Source of the DNA: the human T2T-CHM13v2.0 reference genome, Homo sapiens
Assembly: GCF_009914755.1 (NCBI RefSeq)
Contig: NC_060929.1
Direction: 5' to 3' (one strand)
DNA length: 64,000 nucleotides
The position numbers and the translations under genes were made by a program. Below the pieces are notes generated by a model. That model was not told the origin of the DNA, did no database searches, and saw only the letters and a list, made by a program, of their open reading frames with translations. This document shows positions 27,931 to 40,900 of the stretch, one piece after another; the stretch's first letter is position 1; every line of letters begins with the position of its first letter.

Positions 27931-28624
27931 ATAATAAAAAACATTAATTTAAAAAATACTAACATAGCCATACTGATTAGACAGAAATTGAAACTTGGTT
28001 TGCTTCTCAATATTTTAAAGCTGATTCAACATGCTGGTTCATATGCAGATTTATTTATGACAACAGTTCCATGGAAAAATCATCTATTTTAATAGCTATT
28101 TAGCAAGCAGGAAACTGAGCTCAATATTCTTCACTCCCCAACTCTCCTCCACTCAAATATGCTGCTACTTCCATTTTTTTTTTTAACCTCATGGGCTTGG
28201 GAGTCAAATAGGGAATTATTTATGTTCTATGAGGAAATAGTAAATAAAAATCAGCTCCTTCTGACTTTTGCAGACTCCCTTAACATTTCCGACAAATATT
28301 GATTGTTGATTTGGCTCTAGTCATGTTAACAAGCAGAGTGAATTAACTGTAGTTATCACAAAACAAAGTTAGTCCTGTGACTACCAACAGATGCTTTTAA
28401 AATATTGTACATAGTCTTTAACTTGGGAGGAAAAATGCCTTCATTGATCTTAGGTCTATGAAACCTCTAGTATTCTAAATTAAACAATGGCCACAATAAA
28501 GTGTTTTTCCTGCTAACTTTATCTTTTGAATTGTCATTCTTTTCTATAAAATAATAAATAATCTCATATAGAGTAAACATCTACTATTGACCAGGCACAA
28601 TAAATGAACCAAATAAGCATGAGG

Positions 28625-28694
28625 TAATCTTACAATGAATTTGGGGTCAGAAAATTCAATAATCTTACAATGAATTTAGGGTCAGAAAATTTAA
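28625..28694. repeat. 35-bp tandem duplication
   Basis: taatcttacaatgaattt(g/a)gggtcagaaaatt(c/t)aa x2. Confidence 0.95.
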
Positions 28695-29042
28695 TAACCT
28701 CAAATGATCATACAAATATGTTTATATCACCTCGAAGTGATATCATATCATTCTTTGAAGAAATTCTTATGCTTTTTGTAATTATGTAATATTTTCATAT
28801 TTAATGATTTAGTTTTGCACTTTCTCTTTTATACTCAGTATTTTAAAAATAAGTAAGAGTATTAAAATGGTGACAAGATTTCCTCATTTTGCTCTAAGAA
28901 TGAACTGCATTATTGTTCGCATCACTGAGATGCATTGTCAGCTCTGTCTTGATCAGTGACCAGAAACAATAATCTGGTCACAGTGCACAGGTTGGGTTGA
29001 GAGACAGATGAATGAAAGTTTGGTGATAGAAAGCAGTCCGAA

Positions 29043-29352
29043 TTTTTTTTTTCATATAATAAATGGGGTCTTGCTCTCTCACCCAAGCTGGAGTGTAGTG
29101 GCACAAATATGGGTCACTGCATCCTTGACCTCTTGAGCCCAAGTGATCCTCCCACCTCAGCCTCCCAAGGAGCTGGATGCCCTGGCTAATTATTATTTAT
29201 TTTTTGTAGAGACAAGGTCTCTCACTTTGTTGCCTAGGCTGGTGTTAAACTCCTGGGCTCATGAATTATGTGTAGCTCTCAGAAACAAAGTTAGCCCCAT
29301 GCCTTGGCCTCCAAAGTGTTGGAATCACAGGCATCAGCCACTGCTCCCAGTC
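29043..29352 (-). mobile_element. AluJ with internal deletion and a foreign insert
   Basis: Diverged antisense Alu (ctcctgggctc, gtgatcctcccacctcagcctccc); non-Alu sequence at 29262-29295. Confidence 0.9.
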
Positions 29353-31239
29353 AAAAATTCTGAAAATGATCCCCGTGAGATAGCAAGAACCTGTATGAAA
29401 TTAGTGGCAATGAGAATAGAAATGAAAGGAGAGTAGAAAATGCTATTCAGGGACAGAATCTATAGAATGTGGAGCTAAATGGAGACAGCAGTGACACCAG
29501 TCATGAAAGAGGAAGGTAGTATCTTAGTATTAGTTTGGAATAAAATAGAAAAATAAAATTACATTTTTCAGCATGTTTTGAAGCTTTTTAAGGATAAGGA
29601 CCATGGTTATTAATTAGTTCATTCTTTCAGTAAATATTCAAATGAATTTATAAGAATTTACTTGATGCTGCTAACCAAAGTAAGTGCTAGTAATGTAAAA
29701 ATTAGAGGGCACAATTCCCAAATATCTTCTTGTGTAATAGGGAGGTAAGAATCAAGGTAATAACCCCTCCTTCTCCACCTCTCATATGACTTAGAATTTA
29801 GGTGCTAAATAAAGGTTTCTAAGTGTCAATTATTTTTTGCTATTTTCTTCCTTCATAGCAATGCATTAGGACTTTGCTGTATCAGACTCGAGAAAATAAG
29901 CTGATAAGATTGCAACTATTCCAAAGTGGTAACAGGCAAGGATGTAGTGCATCATAATCAGAGTTGAGAATAGTGTCTATTTTTTTCTTCTCTTCTGACT
30001 TGACAACAAAAGCATTGTTTAACATGTCAAATCACAGCAAAAATCCCCTTTTTCTGAGTCAAAATCAATTATTTTAAATAATTCATTCACAAGTAAGTGC
30101 GTGCATGCTCTTTCCACAAGCTGCTGTCACTACTAAGGAGGTGTAGGTGATTGTCAAGTGGCCCATTCTCCTCTAACGTAAACCTGTTCTTAAAAGTGCT
30201 CGTCCCATAGACTTTGCTTCAAAAGAGAGCAACTCTTCAACTCCTGCGTGTAACAGCGAAAGAGTGGACAATGCCCTTTTGCATTATGTGGTGATCATTA
30301 ATATTATTAACCGTAAAATGATGTCGTCAGCTTAAAATTCAGCCTTTGAATCTTTGGCCTGCTGAATTCAGCTTCCCCAGGAGACTGAAAAGCTGTGCAA
30401 GTGTGTTACTCTTATTTGCTCTGCACTGATTATTAGTTTCGCTGACTGACCTCTTGATGCCTCTATAGAGCAGAATGTAAATGGAACAGTGCCAGAACTT
30501 CCGCTCCAGAGAATGCCTTTTTTCTGTCAGTGACAGCAACAAAAAAAGAAAGCATAATAGTTTTTCCCTTCCTAGTGGAACTGAACATTGGAAATGGTGC
30601 TTTGGGATGGGTCTAGGGCAAGGGGTAACAATGATGCCTCCAGTGTCTTAACCACTTGCTGGGTGTGGCTTCTAGGACCTGCTAATGACCAGCATGCCTC
30701 AAGAAGGATAAACTCCCAATACCTTAGCAGACTTCATTGATTTCTGGAATGCCAAAGAACAACTGAGCCCTCCAAGGAGAAGCAGAGAATTTACAGCTGG
30801 AAAGAGGTTGTGAAGGTTTATTACTGATTCAATATCCTTCACAATTTCAGGAGGGACTTGAAAGGAAACAGAGTGACAGGATTTTAGAAGAATCTTGAAA
30901 TCCAACAGAAATTTCCAGATTCTTTGGGATTCTCACAACACAAGCAGAGGGTCTTTGAATCACTTTGCTATTTCAAAAAGACTAATAAAAATTGTACCCA
31001 AATTCTAAATGCGCCCCGCTTCTCCAAAGCATCAAGTTGCTTTGATTTTGGTTAGGCTTAGTAAGGTGATCTGCTTGTGGCTCATGAAAGCCCTATTTGT
31101 ATGTCTTTGATTAAGATCAGTAAACAAATACTCTGTTACTGAAATGTGGTTGGCAAAATCCTTTAAGCATAAGGATTCCTGGGAGAAAAAAAAGTAACAA
31201 AGCATTTTTGATAGTAAAAGATTAGAAACTATTTATGTA

Positions 31240-31440
31240 GAGCTGCAGTGACCAATGTGGTAGTCATGAGACACGTGTTGGTATATTCATTGAAATTAAT
31301 TACAATCAGCAAATTAAAAATTCTGTTTCTCAGATGTACTAGCCAAATTCCAAATGCTCAAAAGTCACATGTGGCTAGTGGTGATTACATTGAACAATGC
31401 AGAGACAGAATATTTCAGAAATTCTGTTGGATAGCACTAA
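31240..31440. mobile_element. MER3/MER33-type hAT-Charlie element
   Basis: gtactagccaaattccaaatgctcaaaagtcacatgtggctagtgg...ttctgttggatagcact. Confidence 0.82.
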
Positions 31441-32001
31441 ATACAAACACTTTTGTGTAGATCTGAGTTTCTCAAAACATAAAAAATTACATACATCTAT
31501 TTTCTCTGTGTCCATATTTTTACTATAAAATTAAATAATTAATAGAATGATGAAAACTAAAACAGTGCTAACTGATACAAGAGAAAGCAAATCCTCTTGC
31601 CTCTATTATCATTTGTTTTTAATACCTCTGGTGGGGTCAGCAACCTCCATAATTCTACATAATCCACTTGTACATATATTTCTTGATCTGTCAATTTCAA
31701 ATGGTATTTATAGACTCCCTGACATAGAATATTACACATTTGATACACACTTAAACATTTCTCTATAATTACTTCCCAGGCCTGCCAGATCCATTTTTAA
31801 ATTTTCACTTCTACTGGTAGTCATTATGAAGTAACATAATATTCTAATGCAATAATCATTTTGATTACTTAAGATGTTATTATCTGCCTACTTTATGATG
31901 AGAAAACATATGCCCCTCCATTTTCCTCACCTCCTCTCCTTTCAATACCTTTCCAAATTAATCCACCATATAATTATTTTAAATAATCTACAGTTAGAAA
32001 A

Positions 32002-32270
32002 CCCAGGGCTTTGGGAGGCCAAAGCAGGAGGATCACTTGAGGCCAGGAGTTTGAGACCAATGGACAACAAAGCAAGATTCTATCTCTACAAAAAAATTTA
32101 AAAAAACAGCTAGACATGGTGATGCCTACCTGTAGCCCTAGCTACTTATGAGGCTGAGGTGGGAGTGTTGCGTGAGCTTGGGTGATCGAGGTTACAGTGA
32201 GCTATAATCATGTCATTGCACTCCAGCCTGGGTGACAGAGTGAGACCCTGTCTTAAAATAACAATAATAA
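32002..32270 (+). mobile_element. AluJ, 5'-truncated
   Basis: ggaggatcacttgaggccaggagtttgagacc...gagctataatcatg...gagaccctgtct. Confidence 0.92.
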
Positions 32271-34639
32271 TCTATAATTATAAAACATACATACACACAT
32301 ACTTTAGGCTTCCAGGTTTTGCCCATAGTTTGGGTCTAAAATTGAAGCCAAGAATTAATATTTATAATATTATGATCATGTAAATATTAATTGCAGAATT
32401 ATGTGAATGACTTAAAGTGATGGACACATATTCCTTTGTCATTGACCTGTTTCTACTAATGTAGAATATGGTTAATATAAATTTACGGGGTTATCTGACT
32501 TCTTAATGTTATTCTAGATAATCTACGACTTTCTATTCTAAATTATTATTTACTGGCATGGTGTGTGACTCACATCCTAAGATTACTTTCTTTTATTCCT
32601 GAGAGTGTCTTCTTTATTTTACTCTTAAAACCTATTCTATTTCTTCCTCCTCCTTGTAGTCCTTTTTCATTTTGCTGCAAACTATTGTCATGAAATTATT
32701 TTATACAGGGTTTTGGAGTAGTAATTTTTCTAAGTTTTTGTATGTGAAGTAATTTTTTTCCTCATACTTGGTTAAATATTAGAGTAAAAATGAGATTCTA
32801 GATCCAAACATTTCTATTAGAATTTAACATTTTCATTGTGTTTTATTCTAACATCTAATCTTGCTGATGCCTGCCCCGCCCGCCCCCAGTTCTAGTATTC
32901 CTATGCATTTCTTTTCCAATGGCTCAAAAGATATCCAACCTCAATACTTCCTCATTTGGCAAACCCTCTCATTTGGCGGTTGTCATAGTAGTTGATGTGA
33001 TTCTATTGACAAGGAAAGACCAAAGAGATGCTTTTCTTGTCTTTCTAGTAAATTATCTTGTTAAGTCTGTAATGAATTCTGAAAGCAATGTAGGACATGT
33101 CAATTGTTAAACTCACTGAGAAACTCTATTGGCTCCTGAGGAATTATTAGATATCTTTGGTTTTTGTTCTGTATTTCCATGGTCTCTGCAAATAGAATTC
33201 CATGAAATTATGTGGTACATAGAATATTTCAGCTTCTGCAGATGGAGAGGAAATGGTTCTTCCACAAGTTCTCTACAATGAAAATTTCTCTTTGTTCAGA
33301 GAAAGATGCATGTTGATAAGTGAACTTGATAGGAATGGAATTAAAAATAAACCCTTTTTATAATCAGAGTTATGGGGTTTACGACATAAGATGGTCATGT
33401 GGTTTATTCTGTTTTTTTTCAGTTAAGATTATACTATACCATTTGAGGAAGCTATTTGGATATATCTAATAATTCTAAGTGAAAGAAACCAAATAATTTC
33501 TTTTGCTAGGTCATTTCGTTCTGCCTGAACTTCCTTTTTTTATGTCCTTTATTATTCTATGTAAGGAAATAAAGAATAAAGTTCTAGGCAAATAGAACTT
33601 TTTCCAATTATATGCATTGAAAATTCACAGTTGGCCAGAGAAAATGAGTATTTACTATTTTGTTGCTGGGAGTAATTTAAAAAGAGAAAGTCAAATATAT
33701 CCATTTTCAGTTGGTATGTGTGTGGGCTACTAAAAAGAATAAAATGAAAGAAATGTTGATGGTATTCAGTCGAAAAAAATGAGGTAGGAAGTCAGAAAGC
33801 CAAAGTACACTATGGAGAAATAAATGTTAATGGTCAGAATAGTAAGCAGATTGTAATATGTTCTATCATTTTTATTCATCGCAGAACAATTGAGAAAGCC
33901 TACTTTTATATAAGTACATGCACATATAGGTGGTAGTTAGAATCATTCGTGGTATGGGAATGAATGATAAATAAAAGATACTGATTACTAAAATAAATTA
34001 TTAATATTATTACCTTACTTTTGGCCTAGACTTTTAAAAGATTTATTGTGTTCCTACTGCAAGCTTGTTAGTCAGTCAGGGCAAGGTACAACTATGACTT
34101 TTTCAAAGAGGTTAATTGACTTGCCCAAGGTTAAATAGCTTGTCAGTGGAAGCATTGGTGCTGGAACCATTATTTGCTATCAGTTCACCATTTTATTACA
34201 ATTTTGTTGCTATCCCAACTCCACTCCAGTGAAGAGAGAAAAAAATAATTTACTCACATGAAGTAATAATATGGGAATGTAATGCTCAGCTTTTGACAGT
34301 GATGGGAGACTAAATAGGGCGTGATGGCATTGGATTCTAGAGTTGGAAAAAGCTTTACGGAGAACATAGGATTTGTGCTGGTATGTACGGGTCATCTTAG
34401 AGCCCATTTAGTTGCCTTTATGAATTCCAAGGCTAGAATGAAACTCACTTCTCTGGCAAGCCTGTTATATAGATTGATGTGGTGGCTTTTATTGGGATGG
34501 CTTAAAATATTTTTTTCCCTATATGAAACTTTCAGAATTATGTGCCTCTCATGAATCACTACATTAAAGTACAAATTTAATAATAATGGTGAATGACTGC
34601 TAAGTTGCTCAGTATATTAGGGGAGATAGTCGTAATTTT

Positions 34640-35600
34640 GATTAAACAAACATTTCTTAAATGAGACATAGAAAAAATATCAAAAATGGAAAATTTCATA
34701 AAATAGACAACATTTTTATTGGAAATTACTGTATAATTAAGAGAAAATCCAGAAAGTGGCCAAGCAACTGATTGGAAGAATATATTAGTTATGTGTATAA
34801 ATAACAATAAATTAGTATGAAGAATTTCACAAATAAGTAAAGCAATGTAATATGCTGATTTAAAAAGATGGGCAAAGAAGTTTAACCTGAATGGCTACAA
34901 TCCTGGTAAAATATCTATAACATCACCAACAATTCTAGAGGTTAAAAATAATAAAACATATATTTTTATATTATATTGGCAAAACAATGAAAATTACAAA
35001 ACTACATGTTGAAGAAGCCATTGGAAAACAAGAACTCAATAACTATTAGAAGTTCTATACATTGCTGCAGCTGTTTAATAAAACAATATGACAAAATGTA
35101 CTGAAGTGGAAAATGTACACACCTCATGACCTAGTATTACCATTTCTAAGTATATTGCTCAAAGAAATTCCCATACATTTGTGGAAGTAGATGTGCAGAC
35201 CGCTACAGTCTAGCATGATCTGTAATAGAGAAAACTTGGAAATGACACAAATATCTATCCGCAAACAAAATAATAAATAGTAGTATATTCATTAATGGGA
35301 TCCCATATCTGGCAGTTAAGATAAATATTCTAGAATAGATGAATAATAGTCAATCTGGATTTTCAAAATATAAAGTAGAATAAAACAAGTAAAGTGCATT
35401 TTACATATAATATGACATTATTTGTGAATTTTACAAAACACATAAGTTTGTATAATGTTCCTGTATATAAATGTTGGTAGTAAAAGTATTAAAAAATGTA
35501 CCAGTTATTTACATTCCTTATACTAGTGGTTGTCTCTGGGAATTAAGGGCAGAGAGCACAGGAGATTTTGATTTTGTCTATAATGTTTTGTTCTCTACCC
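34640..35600 (+). mobile_element. Old L1M (L1ME-like) 3' region
   Basis: atgggcaaagaagtttaac...ctcatgacctagtattaccatttctaagtatatt...acttggaaatgacacaaatatctatc. Confidence 0.7.
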
Positions 35601-36179
35601 CTCAAAACAGCAAAAGGAATCTTTAGCTAATGATTTGTCTTTACATTACTTTTTGAGCGAGTATTCTTTAGGTTTTTTTTTTTAATTTAAAAAATGGAAA
35701 AATTGTTTCACATTTGATGCAAGGGCCAGCCTCAAATTACAGCCCTCTTCATCCTATCAATTGAATGTTCCAATGGATCGATATTTTATCTGGAAGCATC
35801 AGTTCGCACTAACTGTCAATCACATTCATTAGAAATACTGCATGGAGAAGGCACATCTCTGAATTGGCACCCTGGACCATACCTGGTTTGTTCCTAAGTA
35901 CTTCTGTTTCCCTTATTGTAGAGAATATGTCTTTTTTTTTTTTAATCTCGTTATCTTTTTATTTTAAGACTGAACTTCTCCTCTCCTCATCAGAGTTTAG
36001 AACCCTCCTAAACCTGTTATTTTCTCTTGGTATTCCTTGAACTGCAGCACCTAAGGGGCTAGTGAAATGCATGTTTCACCTTACATTTCTATCCATAGAC
36101 TGTATCAGTTCTAGAACGAGGCTCAAATCTAGGTTTTGCTTAGCTCTCTGAGTACATTTGCATACCTATGCTTTACAAG

Positions 36180-36730
36180 GAGTTAGTATTGCATAGGGGT
36201 TACTTTGTGAATTCAGGAGTTAGACTGTTTGGCTTAGCCTGTCAAACACTATGACACTTTGAGTAAGTTATTTAATCACTTAAAACCTCAATTAACCATT
36301 TATAAAATAGGGATCATAAGAGCAACTCAAAGGGTTTTTGTGAGAATTAAATGAGTTATAGAGCAATTAGTGATGGTCTTGCTGCATGATACGCATTCAA
36401 TAAATTTTATTTATTTATTTATTTATTTTGAGACAGTGTTTCACTCTTATTGCCCAGGCTGGAGTAAATAGCGTGATATCGGCTCACCACAACCTCTGCC
36501 TCCCGGGTTCAAGCAATTCTCCTGCCTTATCCTCCCAAGTAGCTGGGATTACAGGCATGTGTCACCATACCTCGCTAATTTTGTATTTTTAGTAGAGATG
36601 AAGTTTCTCCATGTTGGTCAGGCTGGACTTGAACTCCTGACCTCAGGTGATCCTCCCACCTTGGCCTCCCAAAATGCTGGGATTACAGGTGTGAGCCACC
36701 ACACCCGGCCAATAAATAGCTATTATTATT
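36180..36730 (+). mobile_element. MIR whose 3' tail is interrupted by an Alu
   Basis: ttgagtaagttatttaatc...tataaaatagggat...tgtgagaattaaatgag...caataaat[Alu]aataaatagctattatt. Confidence 0.7.
36406..36710 (-). mobile_element. AluSp-like
   Basis: gtttcactcttattgccc, ctcaccacaacc, tttctccatgttggtcaggc; TSD aataaat. Confidence 0.95.
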
Positions 36731-37297
36731 TCAAGGTTTGAGGAATACTAGCATGGTATGCTATGGTATTGACTGTATTCCTACACACAATACTTGATTA
36801 GTCATTCATTCTGTGCAACTAAATCACCAGAACATAGTCACATATTGCAGCTCTAATACTGACAAATGAAGGAGGAATACTTTTTACACATAAGAGAGAT
36901 GAATACCCAGAAATAAAAGACGTTGTGCAATTAAAACAAACCATTCCATGCAAATAAGTTCCTTCAAAAAATTCAAAAGGCGAATCATTTTGATCATTTT
37001 TTAATAGCAATGTGAAGTTCTGCATTTATCGCCTGATGAAATTCCTGAAATGTATTGTGCAACTCAAAAGGAGCCCAGACTTCTGAATAGGACACTGTAA
37101 ACCTGATTTCAACAGATTGAAAACAAGATGTGACAAGCAGTTTGACACCGGCCCTCCAGTAATTTCCGCTATTTGTAAAGAGGCACATCTGAATGGAAAT
37201 AGCTTTGCAGAATGGATCGGTATGGTTGGGGCCATGTCAGTCCACACATAAAACTGCAGTGCAGGGGAAAATAAGCAGCCATTGATTTCCTGTGAAA

Positions 37298-37445
37298 GCC
37301 CCCCCCGAGTCTGGGGAAAGCAGCCAATATGGGGCACCAGCTGCTCTCTGCTGGAAATCCTTTGTGGAGGGTATGAGGAGTGGGAGAAGGCTAGAGAAAG
37401 CTGGTGGATATAAAAGAGAGAGGAAAAAAAAACAATCCTTATACA
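37298..37445 (+). promoter_or_regulatory. Putative Pol II core promoter (C-rich box, CCAAT, TATA)
   Basis: gccccccccg near 37298, agCCAAT 37322-37328, TATAAAAG 37409-37416, YR dinucleotides ~30 nt downstream. Motif evidence only. Confidence 0.35.
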
Positions 37446-39559
37446 CCAGAACTCAAGACAGAAGAGCTGTGATGACTGCCTGAGCCATGCTTCATTCCTC
37501 CAGCTAAGCATGCTTCTTTCTCAGAAAATGAAGGGGATGGGAGGGGAGCTTCAACAAACCCTACCTTTATTTATGCAACACGTTGGGAACAGTTCCAATG
37601 AGAATTTCTCATGCTCTTTCACGTTCCCTGAATTCTGTTGGTGGTGAGTTCTTGTTTTCTTTAAACTGCTCTGATCTAATAAGTATTTGCCTCAAAACCG
37701 GAACAAATACTCATTGTGATTGCAGGTCCTCATTTACATAATTGCATTATGACAACAACTTTGGGAGGATAATAAATGAGGAGTATTTTGATGTTTGCTG
37801 GCTCTGATGCATAAAATACTCCCAGATTCCTTTCTGAGTACCTCCATGACAATTTTGCTGAGTAAATGAGAATAAAAATCTCTTTCAAGTTTGGGCAGTG
37901 GGCAATCATTCTTTGTTTGCAACTCAGACACTGCAAACAGTGTGTCTTGCAATGGAATCAAGTATTCATAAAGGTGTTCCAAGAAAGCACTGAACAATAA
38001 GTTTCAGATGTCCTCCGAAGTTGGAAATATTTGGCAGTGTTTCTCCTTTATGAATGTTAGCTGTGAGGACTGCTATAGAGAGAAATTGGCCAGGAATAAA
38101 AAGTATTTTTTCCAAAGCAGTTTGGTCATTTGCCTAGGGAGTCATTGAAAAAATATGGAATATTCTAGGGGATGGAATTGTCCTGCAATGTAAATAGCAA
38201 GCCATCAGAAAAAAATATGTTTTAAAAAATAAAATAAGACATCTTATACTAGAATATCTAATCTTTGTTGGATTTTGCTATATTTTTATTTGTAATGTTA
38301 TGCAAATAACTTACTTAAAATATTTGATGACTAAATTTAAGGACATTGTCTATAGCTTAAAAGTAGCATCTATCAGACATAGAGATATATTTAAAGCAAC
38401 TTTAAAATTATAGCAAAAATCCATTTATTTGTAGTTTACTGATAATGAGTATTATTTTTATTGAAAAGGAATAGAATAGCATTTTAAGTTTTTATTAAAA
38501 ATGCAAAAACAGTTTGCTAAGTAACTTACTTGTATAAACAAATTTTAGTTCTCTTCAGGACTCAGGACAAATCAACCATCTATATTTCACATGCTAATGC
38601 CAAATGATTTATTCATTATCTTCAAGAGGCGTGCCACATCTCTGTTTGGCAGCTTATTTTACTGTGTATTTAGAAAATAGTAAGGCCATTTCTCTAAAAA
38701 ATATTTTATATTTTAAATGTTTCACATTTTATAATTTAAATCATAGTACTACTAATTCACTCCAGTAAGTGAAATTTCTCTATACTGAACTATCCTGGTT
38801 ACTTTTACATGCTTCTCTCTTTTTATCCCAAGTGACTTCTACAATTCCCTTTCCCAATCCTATCTTTGCTACATGGAATGCTTGTAGGTGGTTAGGGAGT
38901 AGAACTTGTCTTCCATCACTAGTCCTGCAGGGCCTGAACTAAGCCAGCTGCATCATTGGTGATTCAGGAAAATATTGATTGCCCTATATAGCATAAATAA
39001 ATGCAGCCTGCTAATGACTCCTTTATCCAGAATGTGGATATTGACAATAAAGCATTTTTAGAGAATATCTGGTGGCTCTGAATCCTAGAGACACAAATTC
39101 TGGCCTATGACCAGAGACTATCTCTAAACAAATTACACAATAGCCTTTAAATAAAATCAAGTTACCATTCTATAGTTTCTGAATCAGCAGAAAAACAATG
39201 GATGCTAATTCTTTTTATTCTCATGTTTCACATCCTCTTGGTTTGTAATTAATGAATGATTTTACCCTATGGAGTATGCAGGCTATTTGGAAATTTTGAT
39301 TCTAAGCTGCTCAAGGACAACCTATAGGCTACTTACAGCTGAACTATGTGAGATTTGGCTCTTGTGCCCACAACATAAAATTGAGCAGTTCTCATGCAAA
39401 AGTCAGAGAGACAAAAAGGGGAGGTCAAAAGTGTGATAATAACTAGCTAAGAGTCAGCATGCTCCATACTAGTCACAAAGACCCAACTGTATACGTACTC
39501 TATAAACAATAATCCAAATAGCAATACTTTTGTTATTCACCAGGTATCTCAGTAATGAC

Positions 39560-40900
39560 TCATTTCAAAACCTATACTTACCTTTTTTCTTTCTTAATGC
39601 ATCTCCAAAATTCTATCTATGATTATTTTCATTTTACTTGAAAACCATCTCTCAATATTTCCTTTAAAGAATTCTGTCATATGATCTTGGTCTCATAATA
39701 TTATTGTACCTTCATTGCTGAAAGGTATTATCTTGGAAAAAAATATTCCAGATAAACAGTAATTTTCATGCTGCAATTTAAAGCTATTCTTTCATTGTCC
39801 TCTGGCTTTCATCGTTTCTGTTGAAAAGTAGGATATTTGTTGTCCCAATTGGAGATCACTTTTTTTTGTTGTTTTGTTTTGTTTTTTGAGACAGATTCTC
39901 ACTGTGTTGCCCAGGCTGGAGTGGAGGGGCATGATCTTGGCACACTGCAACCTCCGCCTTCTGGATTCAAGCTATTCTCATGTCTCAGCCTCCCAAGTAG
40001 CCAGGATTACAGGCATGTGCCACCATGCCTGACTAATTTTTGTCATTTTAGTAGAGATGGGGTTTTGCCATGTTGGCCAGGCTGGTCTCAAACTCCTGGC
40101 CTCAAGTGATCCACCCACCTTGGCCTCCCAAAGTGCTGAGAATACAGGTGTGAGCCACTGTGCCCAGCCAAGATCTTTGAAATTTCATTTTTTTTTCTAC
40201 TCTGGGCATTTTAAGGATTTTTTTCTTTCATGTTTTTGTAGGTATTCTAGGATGGGCCTGGGTATTTGGAGTTGATGAGGCCTCTTGAATGTGTAGACAG
40301 ATTGTTCACTAGTTTTGAAAGTTCTCAGTCAGTATCTCCTGAAAGAGAACTCCTGCTACATTCTCTCCTATTTTTGTAAAAAGTTAAATTATAAATATTT
40401 TTAAATGTTTTTAATGTATTATTTAAGTCTTTATTATGCAGTTTTCATCACTTTAGCTCTTTATTCTTCATTGTAGATAGTTTCTTCTGACCAATTTTCC
40501 AATGTCCTAATACTCTCTGCAGCTATGTCTAACCCACTATTAAACTCATCTAATGACTTTGTAATTTCAGATACTGCATCCTTCAATTCTACTATATTTT
40601 TAAGGGTTTTTTCAAAGAATTTTCAATATTGTCTTTTCCTGCATAGAGCAAGTAAACTAAAATACTGTCAGATAATTCATATATGTTTTTCTCTGTAAGT
40701 CTTTGTCTGTTGTCTTCTATGTTTTCTGAGTTTTTCTTTTTTTCCATATTTTCTTATGTCCCTTTATTCCTAATATTTCATTTTCAAAATTGTTTGTAGA
40801 AATAATTTGAGCTTAGGGCAATCTTATCTTTCAGCAGGAATAATTTTCACTTGTTTCTACCAGTCAACTGGGAGTCCTAACTTATTGGGCTTAGCTGAAT
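39560..40900 (-). mobile_element. Old L1ME/HAL1-like fragment interrupted by an Alu
   Basis: ccttcattgctgaaaggtatta...cattgtcctctggctttcatcgtttctgttgaaaagt...ctctctgcagctatgtctaacccactattaaactcatc. Confidence 0.7.
39860..40169 (-). mobile_element. AluS (Sz/Sx-like)
   Basis: Antisense Alu with (GTTTT)n tail. Confidence 0.95.

Noticed and set aside
32870-32888. GC-box/G4-like gcctgccccgcccgccccc
   Set aside because: Isolated 19 bp in AT-rich DNA, only three G3+ runs, no CpG island.
37324-37337. CTCF-like ccaatatggggcac / CArG-like CCAATATGG
   Set aside because: Two mismatches, including a core G, for CTCF; only five A/T between CC and GG, so not a CArG box.
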